DNA from: an uncultured Flavobacteriaceae bacterium | Lineage (GTDB): Bacteria > Bacteroidota > Bacteroidia > Flavobacteriales > Flavobacteriaceae | Direction: 5' to 3' | DNA length: 64,000 bases | NCBI GenBank assembly: GCA_947500585.1 | Contig: CANMSN010000008.1 | Span: 17,120-81,119, forward strand | In this document: piece after piece, positions 1-9,743 of the stretch | Layout of the letters: each line of letters begins with the position of its first letter | How positions within the stretch are numbered: position 1 is the stretch's first letter | Notes under the pieces: model-generated | The model's input: the letters and a program-made list of their open reading frames with translations, nothing else | Database searches by the model: none | Told to the model about the DNA's origin: nothing | Program-made: the position numbers and the translations under genes

Positions 1-789
1 CAAGGCGTGTCTAATCAACAATTTACTGTTACAGCTGCTAATAATTTAGCAAATTTTTTAAGTGACGTTCTAGATAATATGGAGGAGAACATGAGTATGT
101 CTCCAGGTAAAGGTGGTGAAGGCGATATGCAATTACCAGACATTATAATGAGTCAAGAAGAACTTAACAAGATGATGGAAGAGGGCATGAAGAAAGGCGA
201 GAAAGGTGAACCTAAAGAAGGAGAAGGAAAAGAAGAAGGTGATGGCAAAAAGGATGGTGATAAAGGCGAAAAAGGAGAGAAAGGGGAACAAGGTAAAAGT
301 GAAGGCCAAGGAAAAGGAAAAAATGGTAACCAAAGCGGAGATGAAGGCGAAGGAAATAATGAAGACTCTAACGGATTACTTTATGAGATATACCAACAAC
401 AAAAAAAATTACGACAAGCATTAGAAGAAAGATTAGCTAAAGAAGGCAAAGGTAAAGCCGGAAATGGAGATGCCCTAGTTAGACAAATGGAAGACATTGA
501 ATTAGATTTATTGAATAAAGGTTTTACTAACCAAACACTTCAAAAAATGATGGCTTTAAAACATCAACTTTTAAAATTGGAAAATGCTACTTTTCAACAA
601 GGCGAAGAAGAAAAGCGTGAGTCAGAAACCAATAAAAATACTTTTGATAATAAAGCTAATAATCAAATTCCAACAGCGAAACAATATTTTAAAACTACTG
701 AAATATTGAACAGACAAGCTTTACCTTTGCAACAAGTTTACAAAAAGAAAGTACAAGAGTATTTTAAGAAAAGTGATGATAAGTTTTAA
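1..789 (+). CDS. C-terminal part of a larger protein (5' end outside the window) with a Gly/Glu/Lys-rich low-complexity segment; possibly DUF4175-type (family name from memory, unverified)
   Basis: Frame 1 is open from base 1. There is a GEKGE-type low-complexity run around nt 190-360. The 3' end overlaps the ybeY start, suggesting co-transcription. Confidence 0.55.
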   Translation, partial: QGVSNQQFTVTAANNLANFLSDVLDNMEENMSMSPGKGGEGDMQLPDIIMSQEELNKMMEEGMKKGEKGEPKEGEGKEEGDGKKDGDKGEKGEKGEQGKSEGQGKGKNGNQSGDEGEGNNEDSNGLLYEIYQQQKKLRQALEERLAKEGKGKAGNGDALVRQMEDIELDLLNKGFTNQTLQKMMALKHQLLKLENATFQQGEEEKRESETNKNTFDNKANNQIPTAKQYFKTTEILNRQALPLQQVYKKKVQEYFKKSDDKF

Positions 790-1186
790 TTACGAAACAG
801 ATTTTAAACTTAAAGAAGCACACACGATTTCTAATTGGATTTCAAATGTGATTTCTTCAGAAGGGTTTCAAGAAGATGAAATTAGTTATGTGTTTTGTAA
901 CGATGAATATCTGCATAAATTGAATGTTGAATTTTTAAAACACGACACGTTAACCGATATTATTAGCTTTGATTATTCAATAGGAAAAATAATACAAGGA
1001 GATATTTTTATTTCAGTTGAAAGAGTAGAAGACAACGCCAAGGATTTTAACACACATTTTGAAAAGGAACTCCACCGAGTAATCATTCACGGCATTCTTC
1101 ATTATTGTGGATACAAAGATAAAACAGATGTTGAACGAGAAGAAATGCGCGAAAAGGAGAATCACTACTTAGCTCTATTATTGTGA
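776..1186 (+). CDS. ybeY: rRNA maturation endoribonuclease YbeY
   Basis: An ORF of about 136 aa with the C-terminal HRVIIHGILHYCGYKD metal-binding His motif typical of YbeY. ATG at 776 is preferred over GTG at 773. Confidence 0.9.
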   Translation: MISFNYETDFKLKEAHTISNWISNVISSEGFQEDEISYVFCNDEYLHKLNVEFLKHDTLTDIISFDYSIGKIIQGDIFISVERVEDNAKDFNTHFEKELHRVIIHGILHYCGYKDKTDVEREEMREKENHYLALLL

Positions 1187-1202
1187 TATTGAAGAAACAA
1201 CG

Positions 1203-1210
1203 TATATTTG
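1203..1210 (+). promoter_or_regulatory. Candidate Bacteroidota sigma-A -7 box (TATATTTG) for mnmG
   Basis: Matches the TAnnTTTG consensus. A TTG lies 19 bp upstream (1181-1183) as a possible -33 element. It is 58 nt upstream of the mnmG ATG. Confidence 0.5.
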
Positions 1211-1227
1211 CAAACTTAAATAAATTG

Positions 1228-1245
1228 ATGTTCCACGTGGAACAT
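1228..1245. repeat. 18-bp perfect palindrome ATGTTCCACGTGGAACAT in the mnmG leader
   Basis: Read directly; the sequence equals its own reverse complement. It shares the 14-bp core GTTCCACGTGGAAC with 3141-3170. Confidence 0.95.
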
Positions 1246-1268
1246 GTTTTAATTTAAAACCATAAGTT

Positions 1269-3140
1269 ATGTTTAATGAGGTTTATGATGTTATAGTTGT
1301 AGGAGCTGGTCACGCAGGAAGTGAAGCAGCAGCGGCGGCAGCAAATATGGGAAGCAAAACCTTACTTGTTACTATGAATTTGCAAAACATAGCTCAAATG
1401 TCTTGTAATCCTGCTATGGGTGGCATCGCCAAAGGACAAATTGTTAGAGAGATTGATGCTTTAGGTGGTTATAGTGGAATTGTCTCAGATACTTCTGCTA
1501 TTCAGTTTAAAATGCTCAATAAATCAAAAGGACCTGCAATGTGGAGTCCGAGAGTTCAGAGTGATAGAATGCGTTTTGCAGAAGACTGGAGAATGCTTTT
1601 AGAAGGCACACCAAATTTAGATTTCTATCAAGAAATGGTATCTGGTTTGTTAATTGAAAAGGATAAAGTAATTGGTGTTAAAACATCTTTGGGAATTGAA
1701 ATTAAAGGAAAATCTGTTGTCTTAACAAATGGTACGTTTTTAAATGGATTGATTCACATAGGCGATAAGAATTTTGGCGGAGGAAGGGCTGGTGAAAGAG
1801 CGGCAACTGGAATTACAGAACAGCTTGTCCATTTAGGTTTTGATTCTGGAAGAATGAAAACAGGAACACCACCAAGAGTAGATGGTAGAAGTTTGGATTT
1901 TTCTAAAATGATAGAACAACCTGGTGATGAAAACCCAGAAAAATTTTCATATTTAGATATTACGAAAACATTAAGTAACCAAAGATCTTGTCATATGACT
2001 TATACAAGTCTTGAAGTTCATGATTTACTTCGTGAAGGGTTTGATAGGTCCCCAATGTTTAATGGTAGAATTAAAAGTTTGGGTCCGCGTTATTGTCCGT
2101 CTATAGAAGATAAGATTAATCGTTTTGCAGATAAAGACAGACACCAATTATTTATTGAGCCTGAGGGATGGAATACTTGTGAGGTTTATGTAAATGGGTT
2201 TTCAACGTCGTTACCGGAAGATGTTCAATTTAAGGCATTGCGTTCTGTAGTTGGTTTTGAAAACGTTAAGTTTTTCAGACCAGGTTACGCAATAGAATAT
2301 GATTATTTTCCACCAACTCAATTAAAGCATACTTTAGAAACGAAGTTAGTTTCTGGATTATATTTTGCTGGTCAAATTAATGGCACAACAGGATATGAAG
2401 AAGCCGCTTCTCAGGGCTTGATGGCCGGAATAAATGCCAGTTTAAAAGTTCAAGAAAAAGATCCGTTTACATTAAAAAGAGACGAAGCATATATTGGCGT
2501 GCTTGTAGATGATTTAATAACAAAAGGAACGGAAGAGCCATATAGAATGTTTACTTCTAGAGCTGAATACAGAACATTGTTGCGTCAAGATAATGCAGAT
2601 TTAAGATTAACGCCAAAAGGATACGAGCTTGGTTTAGCTTCAGAAAAACGATTGAAGCGTATGGAGCAAAAGCATAATGAGGCAGAAAAGTTTGTTAAAT
2701 TTTTTTCTGAAACTAGTGTAAAACCTGAAGAAGCAAATCCTGTTTTAGAATCTAAAAATTCTGCCTTGGTAAAGCAGTCAGATAAAATGTTTAAAATATT
2801 CTCTAGACCAAATATTACTATTGATGATGTTAGAAAGTTTGAAGCTGTCGAACAATATATTAAAGATAATGATTTAGATAATGAGGTTATTGAGCAAGCA
2901 GAAATACAAGTTAAGTATTCTGGTTATATAGCTAAAGAAAAAAATAATGCTGATAAATTAACAAGATTAGAATATGTTAAAATACCAGACAATTTTGACT
3001 ATTCTCAAATTAAATCTATGAGTTTTGAGGCTAGAGAAAAATTGAAAAATATTCAACCAGCAACAGTGTCTCAAGCTTCTAGAATTAGTGGTGTATCGCC
3101 TAATGATATTTCTGTTTTATTAGTTTATATGGGAAGATGA
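1269..3140 (+). CDS. mnmG: tRNA uridine 5-carboxymethylaminomethyl modification enzyme MnmG (GidA)
   Basis: 623 aa. It has the N-terminal FAD motif [16 protein letters not shown] and a GidA-typical length and sequence throughout. Confidence 0.97.
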   Translation: MFNEVYDVIVVGAGHAGSEAAAAAANMGSKTLLVTMNLQNIAQMSCNPAMGGIAKGQIVREIDALGGYSGIVSDTSAIQFKMLNKSKGPAMWSPRVQSDRMRFAEDWRMLLEGTPNLDFYQEMVSGLLIEKDKVIGVKTSLGIEIKGKSVVLTNGTFLNGLIHIGDKNFGGGRAGERAATGITEQLVHLGFDSGRMKTGTPPRVDGRSLDFSKMIEQPGDENPEKFSYLDITKTLSNQRSCHMTYTSLEVHDLLREGFDRSPMFNGRIKSLGPRYCPSIEDKINRFADKDRHQLFIEPEGWNTCEVYVNGFSTSLPEDVQFKALRSVVGFENVKFFRPGYAIEYDYFPPTQLKHTLETKLVSGLYFAGQINGTTGYEEAASQGLMAGINASLKVQEKDPFTLKRDEAYIGVLVDDLITKGTEEPYRMFTSRAEYRTLLRQDNADLRLTPKGYELGLASEKRLKRMEQKHNEAEKFVKFFSETSVKPEEANPVLESKNSALVKQSDKMFKIFSRPNITIDDVRKFEAVEQYIKDNDLDNEVIEQAEIQVKYSGYIAKEKNNADKLTRLEYVKIPDNFDYSQIKSMSFEAREKLKNIQPATVSQASRISGVSPNDISVLLVYMGR

Positions 3141-3170
3141 TTTTATGTGTTCCACGTGGAACACATAAAA
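3141..3170. repeat. 30-bp perfect palindrome TTTTATGTGTTCCACGTGGAACACATAAAA, terminator-like hairpin right after mnmG
   Basis: Read directly; self-complementary over 30 bp. It starts 1 nt after the mnmG stop. The A/T-run arms could act bidirectionally. Confidence 0.9.
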
Positions 3171-3198
3171 TTTAGTTCTAGTTTTGTCTTTAAATATT

Positions 3199-3759
3199 GT
3201 GAAAAATTTAGTTTTTAAATTAGTAATTATCTTGTTGTTTAATGCCACTTCTTGTAGCAGTGATTGCGATAAGATTTGTATTGCTGAGCAATATTACCAA
3301 ATTTTAAATAATCCAGATTATAACAAAGCCAGTGTTTTAATCTCAGATAGCTTGTTAACTACAGAAGGAGATTATAGAAAAACTTTTTCAAATAAAAATT
3401 ATATTGAACTTTTAAAATGGGATGCTGTTTTTAAACCAGAATATAAGGTTTTGAAAATTAAAAATGAAGGAGAAACTGTAAAAACTACAGTTTCTCAAAC
3501 AAGTAAAAGAATACTTTTTTTACATGGAACTCCAGTGATTTATAATCAAATTTTTAAATTCAAAGGAGATAGAATAAGTAGTGTTGAAACTCCAGATTAC
3601 GTTGTTTTTAACGATTCTGTTTTTATTAGTAATAGGGAAAAACTTTTAATTTGGGTTAGAAAGAATCATCCAGAAATAAATGATTTTATTTATAATCAAA
3701 CAGAAATAGGTGGATTGAATTATTTAAAGGCAATTAATTTGTACAATCATGCTCATTAA
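3199..3759 (+). CDS. Hypothetical lipoprotein
   Basis: A GTG start at 3199 gives MKNLVFKLVIILLFNATSC, a signal peptide with a lipobox-like Cys. The listed TTG at 3184 is possible but less likely. No recognisable catalytic motif. Confidence 0.5.
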   Translation: MKNLVFKLVIILLFNATSCSSDCDKICIAEQYYQILNNPDYNKASVLISDSLLTTEGDYRKTFSNKNYIELLKWDAVFKPEYKVLKIKNEGETVKTTVSQTSKRILFLHGTPVIYNQIFKFKGDRISSVETPDYVVFNDSVFISNREKLLIWVRKNHPEINDFIYNQTEIGGLNYLKAINLYNHAH

Positions 3760-4585
3760 AGTAAAAGATCACTCCGTTACAGGAGAAGAATTTGAATTAA
3801 TTCAAAATACTGAATACGGTTTTTTAGAAACTTCGCCACAGCCTTGTTCAGATAAATTACCTGATTATTATAAAAGTGAAGATTATATTTCGCACACAGA
3901 TTCGCAACGAAACTTATTTGAAAAAGTATATCATTTAGTTAGGAGCATTTCGTTAAAAAAGAAATTGAAACTGATTAATTCTTGTTCATTAGAAAGTAAA
4001 AAACTTTTAGATATTGGATGTGGCACAGGGGGTTTTTTAAAGACAGCTTTAGAGAATAATTGGACAGTTTCTGGAATTGAACCAAACGAACAGGCCAGAA
4101 AAATTGCTAATAAAAAAACAAATAATTCTGTTTTCGAAACAGAGCAACTTTCAAAATTTAAACCATCGAGTTTTGATGTGATTACACTTTGGCATGTTTT
4201 AGAACATTTGCCAAATTTAGAGAATCATATTAAGGTATTTAAAAAACTTTTAAAAACTAATGGCACATTAATTATTGCTGTTCCGAATTATAAAAGTTAT
4301 GATGCTAAACATTATAAACAGTTTTGGGCTGCTTACGATGTACCCAGACATCTTTGGCATTTTAATAAAACATCAATTTCAAAGTTAGTTTCGAAAGAAC
4401 ATATGAAAGTTTTAAAAGTTAAACCTATGTGGTTTGATGCTTTTTATGTAAGCATGCTTTCTGAAAAATATAAGTCTGGAAAAATGAATCCAATTAAAGG
4501 CTTGTATACAGGCTTAGTTTCTAATTTGAAATCTATTAAGACAAAAGAAGCGTCTTCTTTAATTTATATCATCAAAAACGATTAA
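3749..4585 (+). CDS. Class I SAM-dependent methyltransferase
   Basis: Motif I LLDIGCGTGGF and a downstream Rossmann-like pattern (ITLWHVLEHL); 278 aa. Confidence 0.8.
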   Translation: MLIKVKDHSVTGEEFELIQNTEYGFLETSPQPCSDKLPDYYKSEDYISHTDSQRNLFEKVYHLVRSISLKKKLKLINSCSLESKKLLDIGCGTGGFLKTALENNWTVSGIEPNEQARKIANKKTNNSVFETEQLSKFKPSSFDVITLWHVLEHLPNLENHIKVFKKLLKTNGTLIIAVPNYKSYDAKHYKQFWAAYDVPRHLWHFNKTSISKLVSKEHMKVLKVKPMWFDAFYVSMLSEKYKSGKMNPIKGLYTGLVSNLKSIKTKEASSLIYIIKND

Positions 4586-4651
4586 TATTAATTTTAAGAG
4601 TTTTATTTTTCCTTTTACTCAGTGAAATGAAACATTGCTAATAAATTTTTT

Positions 4652-4675
4652 AATAAAGCCTTAAATGGCTTTATT
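4652..4675 (+). terminator. Weak AT-rich hairpin (AATAAAGCC-ttaaat-GGCTTTATT)
   Basis: 9-bp stem and 6-nt loop, 66 nt after the methyltransferase stop, followed by T-rich sequence. Confidence 0.35.
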
Positions 4676-4782
4676 TAGTATTATTTTTAATAGGTATTTC
4701 TTATTTATTTTATATTTTTCAATAGTTTTTTGTTATATGTTAAATTCAAAATAAATAAATCCAATTTTATATATTACTTTAT

Positions 4783-4790
4783 TACATTTG
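4783..4790 (+). promoter_or_regulatory. Candidate -7 box (TACATTTG) for the OmpH-family gene
   Basis: TAnnTTTG match 46 nt upstream of the ATG at 4837. Confidence 0.45.
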
Positions 4791-4836
4791 TTCGGATTTC
4801 AAAAAATATCAATTACTTAAACCAAACATAAAACAA

Positions 4837-5367
4837 ATGAAAAAATTTTTATATGTAGCATTAGCGTTCTTAGTTTTCGCTTCTTGTGAAAAACCAAACA
4901 AAATAGGTTTTGTTGATAATGGAACTTTAATTAACGATTATCAAGAAAAGAAAGATTTAGAAACAAAATTTGAAGCTAAACAAGAGGCCTTTAGGAAAAG
5001 AGCAGATAGTATAGGTGAAGCATTTCAAGCAGAAGCACAAAAAGGACAAGCAGAAGCACAAAGATTAGCTAGGAGTAATAGGAAGAAGGCTGAAGAGTTG
5101 ATGTTAGGTTTACAACAAAAGCAACAAATATTACAACAACAAATGCAAGCAGAACAGCAACAATTAACGCAGGATTTTCAAGCGGAAATAGATTCTGTTA
5201 TTGTTAATGTAAAGGATTTTGTTAAAGAATACGGAAAGACAAACGGTTATAATTATATATTAGGAACAAGCGATGCAGCTGCAACAGTTATGTATGGTGC
5301 TGAGCAAAGTGATTTAACTAAAGTTATTTTAGATTCTTTAAATGCTAAATACGAAAAAGACAATTAA
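4837..5367 (+). CDS. OmpH/Skp-family periplasmic chaperone
   Basis: Signal peptide ending FASC, followed by a Gln/Ala/Glu-rich coiled-coil typical of OmpH; 176 aa. Confidence 0.8.
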   Translation: MKKFLYVALAFLVFASCEKPNKIGFVDNGTLINDYQEKKDLETKFEAKQEAFRKRADSIGEAFQAEAQKGQAEAQRLARSNRKKAEELMLGLQQKQQILQQQMQAEQQQLTQDFQAEIDSVIVNVKDFVKEYGKTNGYNYILGTSDAAATVMYGAEQSDLTKVILDSLNAKYEKDN

Positions 5368-5391
5368 AACATTGATTTACAGACACTTAAC

Positions 5392-5422
5392 CCTCTTTTA
5401 ATTTTTTAAAAGAGGTTTTTTT
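5392..5422 (+). terminator. Intrinsic terminator (CCTCTTTTA-attttt-TAAAAGAGG + T7)
   Basis: 9-bp stem and 6-nt loop followed by TTTTTTT. It lies between the convergent ompH-like and holB genes. Confidence 0.7.
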
Positions 5423-5429
5423 ATTTAAA

Positions 5430-6584
5430 TTACTCCACTTTTTTATGAAGTAACCGTGTCAATTTAATAGACAAGTCAGTAAGTATAATTTTAGAATTTC
5501 CATTGCGTTCTATGTGGTAAATAGCATCTTGAAGTTCGTTACTTATATCCATTATGTTATTACCGTGAACAAAAGGCGCAAAATTTTCAAGTTTAAATTT
5601 TTCGGTTTTCGGTTCTAAAAACACTAAATCCGTAGCATTGTAATTAAGTAGTAATGCTTGACGAAAAAAGTCTAAACAAAAGTTTAAAAATTGCTTTTGG
5701 GTTTCTCTTCCTGTTTTTGCAATATCCTCGCTCCAAGAAATTAAATCGTGAATAGCGGCTTTATTCCCTTTGGCTTTAAAAGCACTACGAATCCAGAAAA
5801 TAAACCAGGTTTCAAACTGAATATCTTCAGAATCTTGATACACTAAATCGCAAGCTTTATTATAATTTCCGTTTGATTGATGCGCAATTTTTGTAGCCAC
5901 ACCAATATCTATATTATATTGTTTTACAAGAGCTGATTTAATGACGTCTTCAGCTAAAGGTGGAAAATGTAATATTTGGCAACGAGAACGAATGGTATTT
6001 ATAATTTGTTCTTCATCTTCAGCAACTAGAATAAAAATTGTTTTATTTGGAGGCTCTTCAATGAGTTTTAAAAGTTTATTGGCGCAGGCTGTATTCATCT
6101 TTTCTGCCATCCAAATAAGCATCACTTTATAACCACCTTCGTAAGATTTTAAAGTTAAAGATTTAACAATTTCGTGTGCTTCTTCTACACCAATTTGCCC
6201 TTGTTTATTATCAACACCAAGTAATTTATACCAATCAAACAGGTTGCCGTAAGGTTGCTCATTTAAAAGTTGACGCCATTCTTCAAGATAAAAACTAGAC
6301 ACTGGTTTGCTTTTAACTTTATCACTAGTAGTTACAGGGAAAACAAAATGAAGATCAGGATGAGAAAAGTTTTTAAATTTTAAATTACAAGCGTCATTTC
6401 CTGTGTTATTTTCGCCACCAGAATTAGAACATAGAACATATTGCGCGTAAGCCAAGGCCATTGGTAAGGTACCAGAACCCTCTTTACCCACAAATAATTG
6501 AGCATGAGGTATACGACCATTATCAACACTTTGAGTAAGGTGTTTTTTTATATGTTGTTGTCCTAATACGTCTTCAAAAAGCAT
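5430..6584 (-). CDS. holB: DNA polymerase III subunit delta' (AAA+ clamp-loader subunit)
   Basis: Has HAQLFVGKEGSGTLPMALAYAQYVLC and the TIRSRCQ sensor motif; 384 aa. Confidence 0.85.
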   Translation of the reverse strand: MLFEDVLGQQHIKKHLTQSVDNGRIPHAQLFVGKEGSGTLPMALAYAQYVLCSNSGGENNTGNDACNLKFKNFSHPDLHFVFPVTTSDKVKSKPVSSFYLEEWRQLLNEQPYGNLFDWYKLLGVDNKQGQIGVEEAHEIVKSLTLKSYEGGYKVMLIWMAEKMNTACANKLLKLIEEPPNKTIFILVAEDEEQIINTIRSRCQILHFPPLAEDVIKSALVKQYNIDIGVATKIAHQSNGNYNKACDLVYQDSEDIQFETWFIFWIRSAFKAKGNKAAIHDLISWSEDIAKTGRETQKQFLNFCLDFFRQALLLNYNATDLVFLEPKTEKFKLENFAPFVHGNNIMDISNELQDAIYHIERNGNSKIILTDLSIKLTRLLHKKVE

Positions 6585-6734
6585 AAAACAAACCTACACA
6601 ATTTTTTGATATTAATTTGAAGATGAGTTTTGAAAAGTAATTTGATTTAACAAGTAATAGTTGTCAATTTAAAAATAATTAATAGCTACATCGTTTTCGT
6701 GAAAAAAGGCATTTTATATCGGTCTATAATTAGT

Positions 6735-6742
6735 TACATTTG
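6735..6742 (+). promoter_or_regulatory. Candidate -7 box (TACATTTG) for pgk
   Basis: TAnnTTTG match 26 nt upstream of the ATG at 6769. It overlaps the listed GTG at 6742, which argues against that upstream start. Confidence 0.45.
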
Positions 6743-6768
6743 TGAAACAATCCATTAAATTAATAGTG

Positions 6769-7956
6769 ATGAAGACTCTAAATGATTTTAATTTCGAAAA
6801 TAAAAAAGCATTAATTCGCGTAGATTTTAATGTGCCTCTAAACGAGAACTTTGAAGTAACAGACGCTACAAGAATTGTATCTGCAAAACCTACAATTATT
6901 AAAATTTTAGAAGATGGTGGAAGCTGTATTTTAATGTCGCATTTAGGTCGTCCTAAGGGATTTCAAGAAGAGTTTTCATTAAAACATATTGAAGCTAAAG
7001 TAGAAGACATTTTAGGTGTTGAAGTTAAGTTTGTACCAGATTGTATTGGAGCTGATGCGGAAGCAGCTGCAGCAAGTTTAGAACCAGGACAAATTTTATT
7101 GCTAGAAAATTTACGTTATTACAAAGAAGAAACAGCAGGCGATAAAGCCTTCGCTGAAAAACTTTCTAAACTAGGTGATATTTATGTAAACGATGCTTTT
7201 GGTACAGCTCATAGAGCACATGCGTCAACAACTATAGTAGCACAATTTTTTGAAGGCAAAAAGTGCTTCGGGAATTTATTAGCACAAGAAATAGAAAGTA
7301 TTAAAAAAGTCATGGAAACTGGTGAAAAACCTGTTTTAGCTATTCTTGGAGGCGCAAAAGTATCCTCAAAAATAACCATTATTGAAAATATTTTAGATAA
7401 AGTAGATCACTTAATTATTGGTGGTGGTATGGCGTTTACTTTTGTAAAAGCACAAGGTGGAAAAATTGGAAATTCTATTTGTGAAGATGATAAAATGGCA
7501 TTGGCTCTAGATATTTTAAAGCAAGCTGAAGAAAAAGGGGTACAAATTCACATCCCTGTAGACACCGTTGCTGCCGATGCTTTTAGTAATGATGCTAATA
7601 CTCAAATTGTTAATATAAACGAAATTCCTGATGGTTGGGAAGGTGTTGATGCTGGACCACAATCTATCGCTAAATTTCATGACGTTGTTATGCAAAGTAA
7701 AACGATTCTTTGGAATGGTCCTTTGGGTGTTTTTGAAATGGAAAGTTTTGCAAAAGGAACAATTGAGTTAGGAAATTCTATAGCAGAGTCTACTAAAAAC
7801 GGAGCGTTTTCATTAGTTGGTGGTGGCGATTCGGTAGCTGCTGTAAAACAATTTGGTTTTGAAGATAAAGTAAGCTATGTAAGCACGGGTGGTGGCGCGA
7901 TGCTTGAAAGCTTAGAGGGCAAAACACTTCCAGGAATTGCTGCAATTTTGGAATAA
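6769..7956 (+). CDS. pgk: Phosphoglycerate kinase
   Basis: Has [22 protein letters not shown] and GGGDS motifs. A start at ATG 6769 gives a typical length of about 395 aa. Confidence 0.97.
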   Translation: MKTLNDFNFENKKALIRVDFNVPLNENFEVTDATRIVSAKPTIIKILEDGGSCILMSHLGRPKGFQEEFSLKHIEAKVEDILGVEVKFVPDCIGADAEAAAASLEPGQILLLENLRYYKEETAGDKAFAEKLSKLGDIYVNDAFGTAHRAHASTTIVAQFFEGKKCFGNLLAQEIESIKKVMETGEKPVLAILGGAKVSSKITIIENILDKVDHLIIGGGMAFTFVKAQGGKIGNSICEDDKMALALDILKQAEEKGVQIHIPVDTVAADAFSNDANTQIVNINEIPDGWEGVDAGPQSIAKFHDVVMQSKTILWNGPLGVFEMESFAKGTIELGNSIAESTKNGAFSLVGGGDSVAAVKQFGFEDKVSYVSTGGGAMLESLEGKTLPGIAAILE

Positions 7957-7987
7957 TTTGAATTAAGTTTTCAAATCAAAAATAATT

Positions 7988-8008
7988 CCTCAAAGAAAAG
8001 CTTTGAGG
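7988..8008 (+). terminator. Hairpin CCTCAAAG-aaaag-CTTTGAGG downstream of pgk
   Basis: 8-bp perfect stem 31 nt after the pgk stop. The T-tract is weak. Confidence 0.5.
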
Positions 8009-8022
8009 TTACCTTTGAAATG

Positions 8023-8052
8023 GTCATTCCCGTGAATACGGAAATCTAAAAT
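8023..8052 (+). repeat. Intergenic hairpin repeat GTCATTCCCGtgaataCGGAAATCTAAAAT
   Basis: 7-bp stem (one mismatch) with a 6-nt loop. The flanks GTCATT...GGAAATCTAAAA recur at 48581-48611. Confidence 0.8.
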
Positions 8053-8175
8053 AAAAACATATTTAAGGTATTTAAAATCAATCATTTAGTACAGTTTTAT
8101 AAAGATATTTTTTATTTCGATTAAAAAATACGATTTTAGCCATAATATCGTTCAATAACCAACTGAATAGATTTT

Positions 8176-9723
8176 ATGGCTTTTCGATTTTTTATAATTT
8201 TATGGGTTCTTAATATTGGAACGTGTTTTTCTCAAAACAATAATTCTACTGCAATAGAAGCTATTAATGATTCTCTGATAGATAGAAGCATACCTGTAAT
8301 AAAAACGATAGAGGCTACAGCAGATACCACTAAAATTAAGACTTTACAGGATAATGAGTTTGCTGCAAAATTAGATGAGAAGTGGTTTGAAGAGCTTTAC
8401 AGCAATAATTTATTTGATACTATTTACAAATCGGTAACTGAGCTGACTTATGAAGACATTGAATATCCTGAATTACCTACTGATACATTAAAAGCAAGAT
8501 TAGAGGAATTAAATGCCAGAACGCCTTTTAATGTAGAATACAATCCAGCATTAGAAAGTGTTATAAAATCCTATTTAAAACATAGAAGAAAGGCTATTCA
8601 AAATTTAATAACACTTAGTTCCTTTTATTTTCCGTTGTTTGAGCAAGAACTTGATAATCAGAATCTTCCATTAGAAATTAAATATTTAGCTGTCGTAGAA
8701 TCTGCTTTAAAACCAAGAGCAAAATCTAGAGTTGGCGCAACAGGTTTGTGGCAATTTATGTTTGCTACTGGCAAAATGTATGGGTTAGATGTTAGCAGTT
8801 ATGTTGATGAACGCAGCGACCCTATAAAATCTACAATTGCTGCATCAAAATATTTATCTAAACTCTATGAAATTTTTGGCGACTGGGATTTGGCTTTAGC
8901 AGCCTATAATTCTGGCCCTGGAAATGTTTCAAAAGCTATTCGTAGATCTGGAGGTTATAAAAATTATTGGAATATTCGTCATAATTTACCACGAGAAACA
9001 GCGGGATATTTACCAGCGTTTTTAGCTAACATGTATATTTTTGAATACGCAAAAGAACATGGTTTTAAACAATACAAATCTGAAACCGCTTATTTTGAAA
9101 CCGATACGATTAGAGTAAAACGAATGATTTCGCTCGATCAGGTTGCAGAAGTTACTGAAACCCCAATTGAAGAACTTCAGTTTTTAAATCCATCATATAA
9201 ATTAGACATTATTCCGTTTATAAAAGATGAAAATTATGCATTGAGACTACCAAATGAAGTTATTGGTAAATTTGTAAACAACGAAGACAGTATTTATGCT
9301 TTTGCTAAAGCGGAATTTGAAAAGCGTGAAAAACCTTTGCCTAAATTTTTTAATGCTAATGACAGGATAACTTACCGAGTGAAATCGGGCGATTATTTAG
9401 GACGAATATCTAGAATTTATGGCGTAAGGGTTAGTGATATTAAACGGTGGAATGGTTTAAGAAGCAATGATTTAAAAATTGGACAAAGGCTAACTATTTA
9501 TCCAAGAAAACCTTACGTAGCAGCAACAACATCAACAGCTAAAAAGGTAATTTCAAAACCGCTTTCAGGCAATGTTACAACTTACATCGTACAGAATGGA
9601 GATTCACTTTGGAGTATATCTCAAAAATTTCCAGGAGTTTCTATTCAAAATATTAAAGATTGGAACGATATTAGTGGTAGTAAATTAAAACCAGGAATGA
9701 AGCTTAAAATTTCTAAAAGCTAA
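8176..9723 (+). CDS. Lytic transglycosylase (SLT domain) with two C-terminal LysM repeats (MltD-like)
   Basis: Has the SLT catalytic region VVESALKPRAKSRVGATGLWQFM and two LysM-like repeats (YRVKSGDYLGRISRIYG..., YIVQNGDSLWSISQKF...). Confidence 0.85.
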   Translation: MAFRFFIILWVLNIGTCFSQNNNSTAIEAINDSLIDRSIPVIKTIEATADTTKIKTLQDNEFAAKLDEKWFEELYSNNLFDTIYKSVTELTYEDIEYPELPTDTLKARLEELNARTPFNVEYNPALESVIKSYLKHRRKAIQNLITLSSFYFPLFEQELDNQNLPLEIKYLAVVESALKPRAKSRVGATGLWQFMFATGKMYGLDVSSYVDERSDPIKSTIAASKYLSKLYEIFGDWDLALAAYNSGPGNVSKAIRRSGGYKNYWNIRHNLPRETAGYLPAFLANMYIFEYAKEHGFKQYKSETAYFETDTIRVKRMISLDQVAEVTETPIEELQFLNPSYKLDIIPFIKDENYALRLPNEVIGKFVNNEDSIYAFAKAEFEKREKPLPKFFNANDRITYRVKSGDYLGRISRIYGVRVSDIKRWNGLRSNDLKIGQRLTIYPRKPYVAATTSTAKKVISKPLSGNVTTYIVQNGDSLWSISQKFPGVSIQNIKDWNDISGSKLKPGMKLKISKS

Positions 9724-9743
9724 ATTCTTAAAACCTAACTATT

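Noticed and set aside
190-360. Possible collagen-like Gly-X-Y repeat in the first protein
   Set aside because: Only about five consecutive triplets (GDKGEKGEKGEQGKS) keep the Gly-X-Y register before it breaks. This is generic charged low complexity, not a collagen-like domain.
133-424. Two listed ORFs (133-333 minus strand, 206-424 plus strand) inside the first gene
   Set aside because: Both lie within the purine-rich low-complexity GEKGE coding tract of the frame-1 gene. Such repeats keep alternative frames open, so these are shadow ORFs.
6742-6768. Upstream GTG extension of pgk, and similar 5' extensions of pseG (25758), pseI (27660), tatA (10999) and the small membrane protein (50142)
   Set aside because: Internal ATG starts give the canonical N-termini. 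In two cases (pgk, tatA) a TAnnTTTG -7 box overlaps the extension, so it is unlikely to be transcribed.
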